Shown here: in pieces, positions 35,909 through 45,474 of the stretch
How the letters are laid out: every line of letters starts with the position of its first letter
How positions within the stretch are numbered: position 1 is the first letter of the stretch
DNA from: a virus
Direction: 5' to 3' (one strand)
IMG/VR virus record: IMGVR_UViG_3300037258_000301
Location: 32,001 to 96,000 of that record
Length of the DNA stretch: 64,000 nucleotides
Notes under the pieces: model-generated
Told to the model about the DNA's origin: nothing
The model's input: only the letters and a program-made list of their open reading frames with translations
Database searches by the model: none
Program-made: the position numbers and the translations under genes

Positions 35909-38900
35909 TCAGTGCCACGCCCCGATGTAGGGCATGGAATAGCTTCCGGTCTGCACCAGAGTCGGTACGGTGCCGGGAAGTGCCGTGAGGGCTGACCCGC
36001 TGCTGTTGGTGAACAAGCGTCCGGTAGGACTCGTGGCGGAGGCGTTGGAGCCGAACTTTTGACCACCAACCAGTGTCAGAGTTCCGCCTCCACCGATGGT
36101 GGTCAGGAAGCAAAGGTAGACGAGCCTGCCCACATTTTGCGCGGCGATGGTGGAGGTGAGGCTGACCTTCAGGATCTCCGAGGTTTGACTAGCCGGTAGC
36201 GAGGCAGAGAAGTCTGCCGTCTGACCCAGCAGATTGCCGGTGGCCACGTCATAGATCCCCAAGAACGTCGTGGTGATGGCCGCGCCTGAGCTGACCGCGT
36301 TTACCTCGATATCCATCGCGCTGATCGAGGTATAGGCCGCGATGTGGGCCAAACAGAAGTACGGGCGGCCGGTGGTGATGCCTGGAACCCCCGGGGCGCT
36401 CATCGGATCCATCGTCGCGGCCACGGCATTGATGGCTTGAGCCGCGAGTTGATCCAGGTAGGTCGGCGCTCCGTAGTTCAGCGACGCGTAGGCGGTGGCA
36501 CCATCGCCTACCTTCAACTGGTGCGTGTCGGTCTCGTAGCCGACTTCGCCAAGTCCGAGGGTGGGGTTGTTGGTCAGCCAGTTCGCAACCGTATCGCCCG
36601 GCAGACTGACCGAGCTACGGGGGCCCACGCTGCGTGATGCTGGTGCGTAGCCGACATTGTTGTCGAGGTAGCACGATGTCAGGGTGCCCAGTTGATTGAC
36701 GGCTCCCGTCAGGTTTCCTCGGAAGTCGTTGTTCGCGATGTGCGCGGTGGTGAGGGTGACTCCGCTGGCAACGTAGAGGCCGTATGCCTGCTTCTGGGTG
36801 CCACCGTCATCCCAGGCGCGACAGTCGGCGATTTGCAGGCCGGTGACGGAGGCGTTGAACATGATGCCGTACTTCGAAGTGCTGCTGGTCTGTCCGTTGG
36901 CGTTGAACTTGCAGTTACTGATCTTGATGTCGTTGGATACCTGCTGCACTTCGAGACCGGCCGCGTTGTTGGAGTACGCCTCGCATCCCAGATAGGTCAT
37001 GCCCGAGACGGGGTGTGAAGCCACCGAGTTGATATTGAAGCCCAGCGATGAGTTGCCGTATGCCTTACAGCCGCTGTAGGTGTGGTTGCCGGCCCCCGCC
37101 ACGCTTGTGGAGTTGGATGCGCTCGGCTGATAGCTGAACCCGTAGCGAGAGTTGCTGATGGCCTCACAGCCCACGTAGAGATCATTGCCACCGGGCTGTG
37201 CCGTCGCCCCGATGGTGCCATTGTCGATGGAGAATCCGTCGCTGTTGTTGGCGTAGGCGATACAGCCGGTCCATACCGCGCCGTTGCCCCCGGCGTCTCC
37301 GTAGCCATGGTTGAAGTTTGCCGTCGAGTAGCAGTTGGTGATGCGCATTCCGTAGGAGGTGGTACCGGTTTGAGATTCCATCATGATGCCGTAGCGGCCA
37401 TTGCCGCTGGCGACGCAATCGGAGACGACCCAGTCTTCGACGGCGTGTTGGCCGACCCCGATACCGATGCCATTGCTGCCTGCCCCCGAGCCACCACCCT
37501 GATTGGTGCGACCGTTGCCGATCGCCCGGCAATTGTGAATCGTGGTGCCGTTGGTCAGGAAGTCGGTGCCGATCCCGGTGGCGATACAGTTTTGAACGAT
37601 CAGATCGTCCAGGGTCATGTGGCTGGTGTACTGGATGAAAATTCCCTTGATCGAAACGCTGTAGGCGCCGGCCTGGCGGGCTCCGTCGATGGTCAGATGT
37701 GCCATGGTGAAGTTGGTCAATGGGTTGCCCGAGGTGGCCTGCAACAGGACTGCTGCCGTCGTTCCGAACGGCCATAGGGTGGTAGTGCCGATCCCGGCGC
37801 CGACCAACGAGACGTTGTTCGCCGGAGTGATCGTCGCGCCAAGCACGTAGCCGCCTGGCGGGAAGTACACCGTGGCCCCGGTGGTGCTTGCGGCCGTGAT
37901 GGCGGCGTTGATGGCGACGGTATCTGAGGTGCCGAACGCATATGTCGCACCCGAAACCGTCGTGCTCGCGTTGGCGTTCAAGGTCACCTGGGTGCCGGAC
38001 TGCACCGACAGGATCGTGGTGGAGAAGTCGATGCCGGCCGCTCCCGCACCCACCACCGTGATGTACTGCCCGACGGATCCCGCGCTGAACGCGCCATGGG
38101 TGGTGTCGGTGAAGATCGCCGTGCCGGTGGTGATCGCACCGGTTGTGCTGGTGGCGTAGTTGGCCAGCGCGCCGTAGTCCTTGACGTTGAGGACCAGCGA
38201 CCCCTTGGCGACACCGCCGAGATTGGTCAACGTGGTCGAGGTGCTCGCCACATCCGAGAGGTTGCTGGCTTTGGCCAGGGCAAGACCTTCAGCCGTCTGG
38301 GCCCGAGACTTTTCGACAGAGACGGCGTTGTCGGCGTAAGCCGTGGTCGCGATGTCCGTGTTGCTCGTGAGGGCAGTTTTGGTAGGGGCGGTGGGAGTGC
38401 CCGTCAGGGCAGCGCTGGCCAGTGGTGCGAGGAGCGCCTCAGCCGTTTCTGCCCGAGTCGTCTCAACCGCGACGGCCGTAGCCACGAAAGCATCCGTGGC
38501 GATCTTGGTGGAGGAGTCTCCCGTCGTCTGGGTGGGGGCCGTAGGGTTCCCGGTCAGGGCCGGGCTGGCCAAGGGAGCCTTGAGAGCCTCTGCGGCCTGC
38601 GCCCGGGCCGTTTCCGTCGATACCGCAGCATCCGCGTAAGCCGTGGTGGCCACCTGGGTGGTGTTGGTCAACGCGCCAGCCGTGGGGGCCAGCGGAGTGC
38701 CAGTGAGAGTGGGGGACGCTAGGGGAGCCAGCAGGGCCTCTGCCGTCTCTGCTCGCGAGATTTCGGCACTCAGCGTGGCAGAGGCAGCCTTGGTGGCCTC
38801 GACCCCCTCAGCACGAGTCGTTTCGGCACTTACCGCGTTGTCGGTGTAGGCGGTCGTGGCAATCGTCGTCGAGTTGCTGAGCGCACTCTGGGTAGGAGCG

Positions 38901-39505
38901 GTCGGGACGCCCGTCAACGAGGGACTGACCAGTCCGGCCTTGGCTGCCAGATCAGCGACAAGGCTGGCAATGTCTTCCTCGGTCAGAGTGACGGCACCAG
39001 TTCGGCCAGCGACCGAGGTGACAGGGCTGCCATCAGAGGTGAGGTCTTCGCCCGCCGGCCAACCGTCGAGGCTGTATGGGCCGTAGAAGACAAGGCTGGT
39101 CGTATCGATGTAGATGGACCCCAGCGGTATCGCGGTGCCGTCAGGGAGCGTGTCAGGGCCACCATCACCCGTCAGGATCGTGGGGAGCAACTTGACCTGC
39201 TCGCTGAACAGGGCATTCATGGGAGAGGTAGCGCCCGAGACACCCGCTACCCGTGCCCAGACCTGAGCGACGTTGCCGACCGGCCCGTAGAACTCCGGCA
39301 AGATCCCGCCGGTGTCAGTCTGGAGGGTGGAACCTGGAAGCGGATTGCCGTAAGGATCAACGATGTCGGCCAGTGTGGTGGCTGCCTGGTCGACGTAGAT
39401 CACGACCTGGGTCACGGGAGGTGTCAGGACCGGCATGTAAGCGCCCTGATAGATGATGAAGGATGTGCGATCTGATGGGAAGAGCAGGCGGTTCGTGGTC
39501 GACAA
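35909..39505 (-). CDS. Tailspike/tail fibre with right-handed beta-helix (pectate-lyase-like depolymerase)
   Basis: APLASPALTGTPTAPT repeats, LAKASNLSDV, NVKDYGA...DT.AI.AAI...VYFPPG.Y, many beta-helix rungs; TTG start after AGGAG. Confidence 0.85.
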   Translation of the reverse strand: MSTTNRLLFPSDRTSFIIYQGAYMPVLTPPVTQVVIYVDQAATTLADIVDPYGNPLPGSTLQTDTGGILPEFYGPVGNVAQVWARVAGVSGATSPMNALFSEQVKLLPTILTGDGGPDTLPDGTAIPLGSIYIDTTSLVFYGPYSLDGWPAGEDLTSDGSPVTSVAGRTGAVTLTEEDIASLVADLAAKAGLVSPSLTGVPTAPTQSALSNSTTIATTAYTDNAVSAETTRAEGVEATKAASATLSAEISRAETAEALLAPLASPTLTGTPLAPTAGALTNTTQVATTAYADAAVSTETARAQAAEALKAPLASPALTGNPTAPTQTTGDSSTKIATDAFVATAVAVETTRAETAEALLAPLASAALTGTPTAPTKTALTSNTDIATTAYADNAVSVEKSRAQTAEGLALAKASNLSDVASTSTTLTNLGGVAKGSLVLNVKDYGALANYATSTTGAITTGTAIFTDTTHGAFSAGSVGQYITVVGAGAAGIDFSTTILSVQSGTQVTLNANASTTVSGATYAFGTSDTVAINAAITAASTTGATVYFPPGGYVLGATITPANNVSLVGAGIGTTTLWPFGTTAAVLLQATSGNPLTNFTMAHLTIDGARQAGAYSVSIKGIFIQYTSHMTLDDLIVQNCIATGIGTDFLTNGTTIHNCRAIGNGRTNQGGGSGAGSNGIGIGVGQHAVEDWVVSDCVASGNGRYGIMMESQTGTTSYGMRITNCYSTANFNHGYGDAGGNGAVWTGCIAYANNSDGFSIDNGTIGATAQPGGNDLYVGCEAISNSRYGFSYQPSASNSTSVAGAGNHTYSGCKAYGNSSLGFNINSVASHPVSGMTYLGCEAYSNNAAGLEVQQVSNDIKISNCKFNANGQTSSTSKYGIMFNASVTGLQIADCRAWDDGGTQKQAYGLYVASGVTLTTAHIANNDFRGNLTGAVNQLGTLTSCYLDNNVGYAPASRSVGPRSSVSLPGDTVANWLTNNPTLGLGEVGYETDTHQLKVGDGATAYASLNYGAPTYLDQLAAQAINAVAATMDPMSAPGVPGITTGRPYFCLAHIAAYTSISAMDIEVNAVSSGAAITTTFLGIYDVATGNLLGQTADFSASLPASQTSEILKVSLTSTIAAQNVGRLVYLCFLTTIGGGGTLTLVGGQKFGSNASATSPTGRLFTNSSGSALTALPGTVPTLVQTGSYSMPYIGAWH

Positions 39506-39537
39506 CGTAATCTCCTGTCTCAACCGGTAGGTGAGTC

Positions 39538-39573
39538 CTGCCGTTTACTGCCGCGCTGAGATGCCCCCTACAG
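39538..39573 (-). promoter_or_regulatory. Putative late promoter motif driving the inverted cassette (CTGT-N22-TAA-N3-GCAG)
   Basis: Motif found on the minus strand with identical spacing. Confidence 0.6.
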
Positions 39574-39588
39574 CTCTACGGAGATGAC

Positions 39589-39861
39589 ATGACCCAGGCG
39601 ACGCACACCGCCAATGGACAGATCCAGATCGGTGCGCAGTACATGATTGACGCGCTCCGAGGAGAGGTCGGCTCTCTGCGAGAGCAATCCCTTCAGCTTC
39701 AGGCGATGTACTTGCAACTTCAGACCGAGGCCCAGCAGGAGATCTCGTCTCTTCGTGCGCAGGTGCAGAAGTACCAGGACGCGGAGGCGACCTCGACACC
39801 AGAGAGTCTCCCGGCCGAAGAGAACGAAGTAACCGACGCCCCCGTTAGTCCCGCACCGTAG
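39589..39861 (+). CDS. Small coiled-coil protein
   Basis: GGAG RBS; heptads. Confidence 0.6.
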   Translation: MTQATHTANGQIQIGAQYMIDALRGEVGSLREQSLQLQAMYLQLQTEAQQEISSLRAQVQKYQDAEATSTPESLPAEENEVTDAPVSPAP

Positions 39862-39879
39862 TAGTGGGGAGAGTAGCCA

Positions 39880-40101
39880 ATGTCATTGCCAGTCGTAGGA
39901 ACCGCAGTCAACTATTATTGGAAGAGTGGACAGGCGTCAACACCTGCACTTGTTCACAACGTCGACGACATCAATGGCGTCATCATGGTCACTTACATTT
40001 CACCGGCCGTGTACTCTCCGAACTTTCCGGGTGCCCCCATCTTCACGAGTCCCTGGTCTTCGCAAGGAACGGGTGTGGGCCAATGGGAACCAATGTCGTG
40101 A
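39880..40101 (+). CDS. Small hypothetical protein
   Basis: GGAG RBS; P.VG..V.Y...PA.V pattern. Confidence 0.6.
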   Translation: MSLPVVGTAVNYYWKSGQASTPALVHNVDDINGVIMVTYISPAVYSPNFPGAPIFTSPWSSQGTGVGQWEPMS

Positions 40102-40118
40102 GTGGGTGATCGGTCGTC

Positions 40119-40931
40119 ATGCCCTTTGTCATTCCCAATCCCAATCCCGAATCGGCTCCCACGCCCAATCAGCCGTTCTACATCAGGCAGACCCAAAATT
40201 GGGCGATTGAGCAAGAGCGCCAAAGGCATGATGAGGCAATTTATTGGGTAGGCGAGTATGCCTTCATCGCGTTGATGTGGCATACCGTCGACTTTGAATT
40301 GGGACTCGTCGGTCGGTGCTACACCTGCTTCAATACCGGCGATACCATCCAGGATCGGGTCACCGCTGTCTACAAGCAGCCAACGAAGTTCTTGTGTCCG
40401 GACTGCTACGGCACCACCTACGAGGGTGGTTACCGAGCGTTGCTCGTGCGTCCCTTCATCTTCGTTGACGCCGACGAGTCGGAGAGGCAGGACCGACGAG
40501 GGTCCGTGCACCCGATGTCGCTGACTGCCGAATCCACCTGGGATTTCCGTAGCTATGAGGGCGACTATCTCTTCCGACGAGACGGGTCGCGTTACCGAGT
40601 GACGATGCAGCCATCGCGCACCATGTTGCGTACCGGCTTCGCACATCCTTCTCAGCAGGCGACGACGTTGGGATATGGCCGGATGACCATCGGATACGAA
40701 GAGGTTGACACGGTCGCCTACACCATCGCGCCCAACGGTGTCGCCGTCTCGAACATCCTCAACGTCAGTAGCCCCGAACAGCCCGCTGACTTCTCCTCGG
40801 TCGAGGTCATCAACGGACCGCTCATCACCGGCGACGGCATCTACAGCACTACCCCGAGCGGGGGTACCAACCCCGGTGATGGCACCTCTCCTGGCACGGT
40901 CACCATGACCGGTAGCGGATGGGGTGATTGA
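40119..40931 (+). CDS. Neck/head-closure protein with zinc finger
   Basis: RCYTC...CPDCYGT...GGY; position before tail genes. Confidence 0.6.
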   Translation: MPFVIPNPNPESAPTPNQPFYIRQTQNWAIEQERQRHDEAIYWVGEYAFIALMWHTVDFELGLVGRCYTCFNTGDTIQDRVTAVYKQPTKFLCPDCYGTTYEGGYRALLVRPFIFVDADESERQDRRGSVHPMSLTAESTWDFRSYEGDYLFRRDGSRYRVTMQPSRTMLRTGFAHPSQQATTLGYGRMTIGYEEVDTVAYTIAPNGVAVSNILNVSSPEQPADFSSVEVINGPLITGDGIYSTTPSGGTNPGDGTSPGTVTMTGSGWGD

Positions 40932-41649
40932 GCTGCCCGACCTGATCGCGCCCCAACTCCAGTACGGATCCGGCACACCGGACCGCATGGTGATGTTCGC
41001 TGACGTATCCGAGCAGGATGCGCACTACCTGGCAATCGACGCCACCGAGCATGCCCGGCTGACCATACCGCGCGTCAGTGGTGCAACGGCCCGCCGACTT
41101 CAACCGATCTGGGCTCGGGGGTACTTCGGGATCTACTTCCCCGACCCGCAGACATGGTTCATGGAACACGGAACCAACCCTCGCACCATGCGATCGCTGG
41201 CTGGCAAGGTCATCCCGATGTGGGTGTCCGACCAGGATGGCTCAATTCGCGCGAAGAGCCCCAAAGCCGAGACGCGACGTACCGAGGATGGCCGCTTGCA
41301 GGTGCTCATCTTCCGGCGTGCCGCACGCATCGGGCAACGCAAGACCGTCCGACGTCCTAACCGCTTCACTGGCGCCATGGAGACCGTATCGGTGCCTGCC
41401 AGTTATCCCGGCGCTCCCGGTCGCATCAGTCGTCGTGTTCCGGCCGGCATAGGCCCTTCTGGGGGTCAGATCGCGGCCGGCAACGTCGGTGTTCGGTGGC
41501 GTCACCCTGGCCTGCGGGCCATGCAGTTCCTCAACGGGGCGCTGGCCTCCACCGCGTTCAGCGCGAGCCTGTTCATCGGTGAGGTGTATGCCACCGACGG
41601 TGCCAGTCTGGAAACGCTGGTCGAGCAGCAACAGCGAAGGGAGGGGTGA
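40924..41649 (+). CDS. Tail completion/neck protein (HK97 gp10-like)
   Basis: P..SG...R.L, FMEHGT, HPG..A..FL motifs. Confidence 0.6.
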   Translation: MIELPDLIAPQLQYGSGTPDRMVMFADVSEQDAHYLAIDATEHARLTIPRVSGATARRLQPIWARGYFGIYFPDPQTWFMEHGTNPRTMRSLAGKVIPMWVSDQDGSIRAKSPKAETRRTEDGRLQVLIFRRAARIGQRKTVRRPNRFTGAMETVSVPASYPGAPGRISRRVPAGIGPSGGQIAAGNVGVRWRHPGLRAMQFLNGALASTAFSASLFIGEVYATDGASLETLVEQQQRREG

Positions 41650-41652
41650 TTC

Positions 41653-42312
41653 TTGTACCTGACCTATCTCAAAGCTGCCGTGGTGGAAGCACTGAGTGCC
41701 ACCTTCACGAGCACCTACCCCAATCCTGACTTCCGTACGGTTTACGCATCCATCGAGTATCCGGCGGACAAGGCCAACTATCCCGGCATTTGGGTCCAAT
41801 ACGAGGATGGCGCCGAACTGTCGGTCGCCGGTATTGGACATATTGAAAGCACCATCGTTCCCGCATCCAGTGGGACGTCCGCCCAATACGAACAATGGAC
41901 TCGTTGGCACTTCTTCGGCACGGTCACATTGACCGTTGTCGCCTTGTCTTCACTGGAGCGTGATCGACTTTACGACGAAGTGGTGCGTACTTTCGCTTTC
42001 GCCAAGCAGAACCGTGAACTGTCACCGTTCCGAACGAAGATCGAAAAGAACGACTTCGTTGCGATGAACGCAAATTTCGACAACTTGCGACCGTTCGGAG
42101 ACAACGCGGGACCTGGGACGCCCTGGAGCACCGACGAGATCCTCTACGAGAAGTCGATCTCCTTCAACCTGCAAGGCGAATTCACTGGCGACGTCAGCGC
42201 GATCGAGTACGTCGAACTGAGCAAGGTCGAGGTCCAGGACTACATCGCAGGCGCCCCCTACCCGACCTGGCCGGATCAGTCTGGGGGCTTCGACCCCACC
42301 CAGTGGCACTGA
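41653..42312 (+). CDS. Tail terminator protein
   Basis: Directly before sheath; YP.I.V...LSSLERDRL.D. Confidence 0.6.
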   Translation: MYLTYLKAAVVEALSATFTSTYPNPDFRTVYASIEYPADKANYPGIWVQYEDGAELSVAGIGHIESTIVPASSGTSAQYEQWTRWHFFGTVTLTVVALSSLERDRLYDEVVRTFAFAKQNRELSPFRTKIEKNDFVAMNANFDNLRPFGDNAGPGTPWSTDEILYEKSISFNLQGEFTGDVSAIEYVELSKVEVQDYIAGAPYPTWPDQSGGFDPTQWH

Positions 42313-42318
42313 GGGGCG

Positions 42319-42355
42319 CTGTCCGCGCCCGAGCATCGACGGGGGTAATTCGTGA
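42319..42355 (+). promoter_or_regulatory. Putative late promoter motif (CTGT-N23-TAA-N3-GTGA)
   Basis: Matches the recurring motif, upstream of sheath. Confidence 0.6.
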
Positions 42356-42379
42356 GTCGATCCGGGTGGAGGAGTAGCG

Positions 42380-43900
42380 ATGACGGGACCTTTCGGGCAG
42401 TATCTGCCGCCGGGTGTCTACGTAGACGCCGGGCCCAACCCGACCGTCGCGCCAGTGGGTGTCAATCCGACCATCGTGTGCCTGATCGGCAACGGCGTCG
42501 GCTATCACACGTTCAGCGAGAGTGACTCGTTCGCCTCGTCAACCTCCGTCACCTTGCAGCAGACCGGCGTCGATCCGACCTCCGTCGTGGTCACCGGCTT
42601 CGTCGCGGATCCGAACGCCAGTGGGAACTCGATCTCGACAACCTTCGTGCAAGGCGCGAGTGGCACGAACGTGGGCGACTACTACGTCACCATCACGACG
42701 CCGCCCTCCGGTGGACCGCAGAACACCATCGCCGCCGTGGTCAAGACCTCCGGATCCGCGATCAGTTCGACCTACCCACAGGTCACGATCAACTACCACT
42801 ACACCGATGCCACGTACTACCAGCTCAACGCCTTCACCGACTTCACCACCTTCCAGGACGTCTACGGGCCGGCACTCGATCCGGCCACGGGAGCCGTTTC
42901 CTCCCCGTTGTCACTGGCCGCGCAGTACGCGATCCAAAACGGCACCAACAAGCTCTATGCCCTGGCCTTGTCGGGGACCGGTTCCGTCCAGCAGCAGTTC
43001 GCCGCCGCGTACGCCACTCTCTCGGGCCTGAACACTGACGCCAACATCGTGGTGCCGCTCTGGAAAGATGTCACTGATCCGGGGCAGTTGGCTGGCATGA
43101 TGGCCACTCTCAACGCGGCACTGACCGCTGATGCGAACGATGGTGTGCTGCGGGTGGGCATCATCGGCCTGAGCAAGAACTACAGCCAGGCCACCTCCGT
43201 CACTCAGGCGCTCGCCACGACGATCGCGTCAGAACGCATCGTGTTGGCGTGGCCCAATCAGCTTGCCCTCTACAACGGCGTCACCAACTCCACGGTCACG
43301 ATCGGCGGCTACTACCTGGCCGCTGCCTATGGTGGACTGCTCTGTGCCCAGGCCCCCAACATGCCGTTGACCAAGAAGCAGCCCCTGGGCTTTGCCGGTC
43401 TGCCGGCTACGGTCGCCATCGCCATGACCACCACGGTCAAAAACGCGCTGTCCTCCTCGGGCATCTCCGTCACCGAGCCCGCTCGTACCGGTGGGCTGAG
43501 CGTTCGACAGGGGTTGACCACCAACTATGCCGGTGGCCAACTCACCCGAGAGATTTCGCTGGTGCGTCAGGCTGACGCGCTCTACGACCTGGTGCAGACC
43601 ACCCTCGACGCGGCGCAGCTCATCGGTCAGCCGATTACCTCGACCACGGCTCTGTCGGTCAAGGCGATCGTCACCAATGCTCTGGAGACGGCTGTCGCCG
43701 GCAACCTGATCATCGGCTATACCGGGCTCGCGGTCCGCGAACAGGCACCTCCCAACGGCGACCCGACGGTGATCGAAGTCCAGTTCGCGTGGCAGCCCAC
43801 CTATCCGCTGAACTATGTCTTGGTCAACTTCACGGTCGACACCACCACCGGCGTGACCACGGTGAACGCGGCCAACATCACCGGCACGACGAGTGCCTGA
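42380..43900 (+). CDS. Tail sheath protein
   Basis: Y.PPGVY N-terminus; VRQGLTT...EIS.VR..D; P.YPLNYV.V.F C-terminus. Confidence 0.9.
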   Translation: MTGPFGQYLPPGVYVDAGPNPTVAPVGVNPTIVCLIGNGVGYHTFSESDSFASSTSVTLQQTGVDPTSVVVTGFVADPNASGNSISTTFVQGASGTNVGDYYVTITTPPSGGPQNTIAAVVKTSGSAISSTYPQVTINYHYTDATYYQLNAFTDFTTFQDVYGPALDPATGAVSSPLSLAAQYAIQNGTNKLYALALSGTGSVQQQFAAAYATLSGLNTDANIVVPLWKDVTDPGQLAGMMATLNAALTADANDGVLRVGIIGLSKNYSQATSVTQALATTIASERIVLAWPNQLALYNGVTNSTVTIGGYYLAAAYGGLLCAQAPNMPLTKKQPLGFAGLPATVAIAMTTTVKNALSSSGISVTEPARTGGLSVRQGLTTNYAGGQLTREISLVRQADALYDLVQTTLDAAQLIGQPITSTTALSVKAIVTNALETAVAGNLIIGYTGLAVREQAPPNGDPTVIEVQFAWQPTYPLNYVLVNFTVDTTTGVTTVNAANITGTTSA

Positions 43901-43943
43901 TGACAGTCACCGCCGAATCCGGACATAAGGAGCAATGAGGTAG

Positions 43944-44432
43944 ATGCCCGATACCCAAGTACGCGTGGTCGGCTCCGGGTTCTCTTCCTTCAGTTATCAG
44001 GGGCAACCCATCGCATTTTTGGAAGGTGTCGACGACTCAGGACAGCGCGCGTTCTCCGACGCGGGCCAGGGCTACCAGTTCATCCACCCGCTCGGTCAGC
44101 GCCATCCCGTCGAGATTGCGACCTCGCGTGTGCTCGCCGGAGGCACGCTGAACCTGACCATTCGCGAGTTGTGGTCGGGCTGGGTCTGGGAGCAGCTTCA
44201 GGGCTTGGCCGGTACCAACAACATCGTGGACGTGTTCGATGTACTGGCGGCAAGCCCGGCCTACGTGACTTGCCAGACGGTGATCCAGCCTCCAGGCAAT
44301 GCAGCCCCCAGGGGTAAGAACTACATGAATTGCACCATTGTGGACATCTCTGACAACGACACCATCACCGTCGGGGCACTGGCCGTGACAAAAGGGATAG
44401 TTGTCGCATATACACACTCAACGGCACTTTGA
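43944..44432 (+). CDS. Tail tube protein
   Basis: Follows sheath; 162 aa, beta-rich. Confidence 0.8.
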   Translation: MPDTQVRVVGSGFSSFSYQGQPIAFLEGVDDSGQRAFSDAGQGYQFIHPLGQRHPVEIATSRVLAGGTLNLTIRELWSGWVWEQLQGLAGTNNIVDVFDVLAASPAYVTCQTVIQPPGNAAPRGKNYMNCTIVDISDNDTITVGALAVTKGIVVAYTHSTAL

Positions 44433-44464
44433 GTTGATCTTGAGCCATTGATTGAGGAGACCTG

Positions 44465-44995
44465 ATGCCCCAGTTCAGCGCCGATGAGGCTCAGGTCGCT
44501 TCGGCCATGGCCGGTGTACGTTCACCCGCGACCCCACAGAGCGCCCCCGAGCCACCCGTAACGCTTCCGGAGCCCGAACCGGTCTTGGACTACCGAGAGT
44601 TCGATCCAAAGCACAGGGAAGCGTTCACGGGCCTGCTCTACGTCGGGCATCTCGATCATGAATTCCAGCTCTACGGCCACACCTTCCGGATCGCCACCCC
44701 GACCCAGACCGAACGGTTGCAGGTTGGGCCGGTGGTCAAGGAGTTCCGAGACACGATCACCAACGAGATCGCTTATCAGGCGGCCGTGGTCGCACTGTAC
44801 CTGGTGTCGATCGACGGTCAAGCATTGCCGCAGCCGATCCTGGCCAACGCCAAGGACGCGGCGGTACGTGACCGGTTCAACTGGGTGACCGAGAACATGC
44901 GCCGACCCGTGATCAACGCGGTGTTCGACCAGTCCATGATCCTGGAGGACGTGGTCGACGAGACCCTGGAGGCCATGGGAAAAGCGTCGGCCTGA
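44465..44995 (+). CDS. Tail assembly chaperone
   Basis: Between tube and TMP; ends with GGGAAAA slippery site. Confidence 0.8.
   Translation: MPQFSADEAQVASAMAGVRSPATPQSAPEPPVTLPEPEPVLDYREFDPKHREAFTGLLYVGHLDHEFQLYGHTFRIATPTQTERLQVGPVVKEFRDTITNEIAYQAAVVALYLVSIDGQALPQPILANAKDAAVRDRFNWVTENMRRPVINAVFDQSMILEDVVDETLEAMGKASA
44977..44983 (+). other. -1 programmed ribosomal frameshift site (G GGA AAA)
   Basis: The -1 frame is open from 44983 into ORF 45013..45465. Confidence 0.85.
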
Positions 44996-45465
44996 CAGGA
45001 GTCGACGACTGGATGTCAGGCGAAATCAGGATGGCTGCCGACATGGGGCTGCTCGTCGGCGTTTACCGTTCGCCCGTGCAGTTCAAGGCGCTGTTCATCA
45101 AGGGCTACCTCGACATCATCCGAGATATCTCGACCAGGCGAGACCAGCGGGTGGAGGCTCTCAAGTTCGCCATGGGGGCCTCGGGACACTGGACGTTCGA
45201 ATCGCTGTTCCCCGAGGCGTTCAAGGGGGTCTCGGCTCAACAGTCCACGTCGGTTGCCGCTGCCCCGGTTGAACAGGTGGTCGATTCCGAATCGTGGTCA
45301 GCTGATCAGAGGTGGGACTACTCGGCCGTCGAGTGGAAGACTCCCACCACGGCCAAGGCGGAGTATGACGAGATCATGCGCAAGCTGGCGGCCAAGAGTA
45401 CCGGCACGATGAACGGCACCCAGATTACGACACCGCAGTGGCCGCACATGGGCAAGTGGCGATAG
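44983..45465 (+). CDS. Tail assembly chaperone, frameshifted C-terminal part
   Basis: In the -1 frame after the slippery heptamer. Confidence 0.75.
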   Translation, partial: SVGLTGVDDWMSGEIRMAADMGLLVGVYRSPVQFKALFIKGYLDIIRDISTRRDQRVEALKFAMGASGHWTFESLFPEAFKGVSAQQSTSVAAAPVEQVVDSESWSADQRWDYSAVEWKTPTTAKAEYDEIMRKLAAKSTGTMNGTQITTPQWPHMGKWR

Positions 45466-45474
45466 GAGGACCGG

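Noticed and set aside
35909-36600. Diversity-generating retroelement suggested by the Mtd-N-like motif
   Set aside because: No reverse transcriptase or template/variable repeat pair seen in the window.
34465-39588. Invertase-controlled flip segment
   Set aside because: No flanking inverted repeats or recombinase found.
43897-43935. Additional late-promoter copies before the tail tube, 8980 and 31932 genes
   Set aside because: Spacing or sequence departs from the 26-27 nt pattern.
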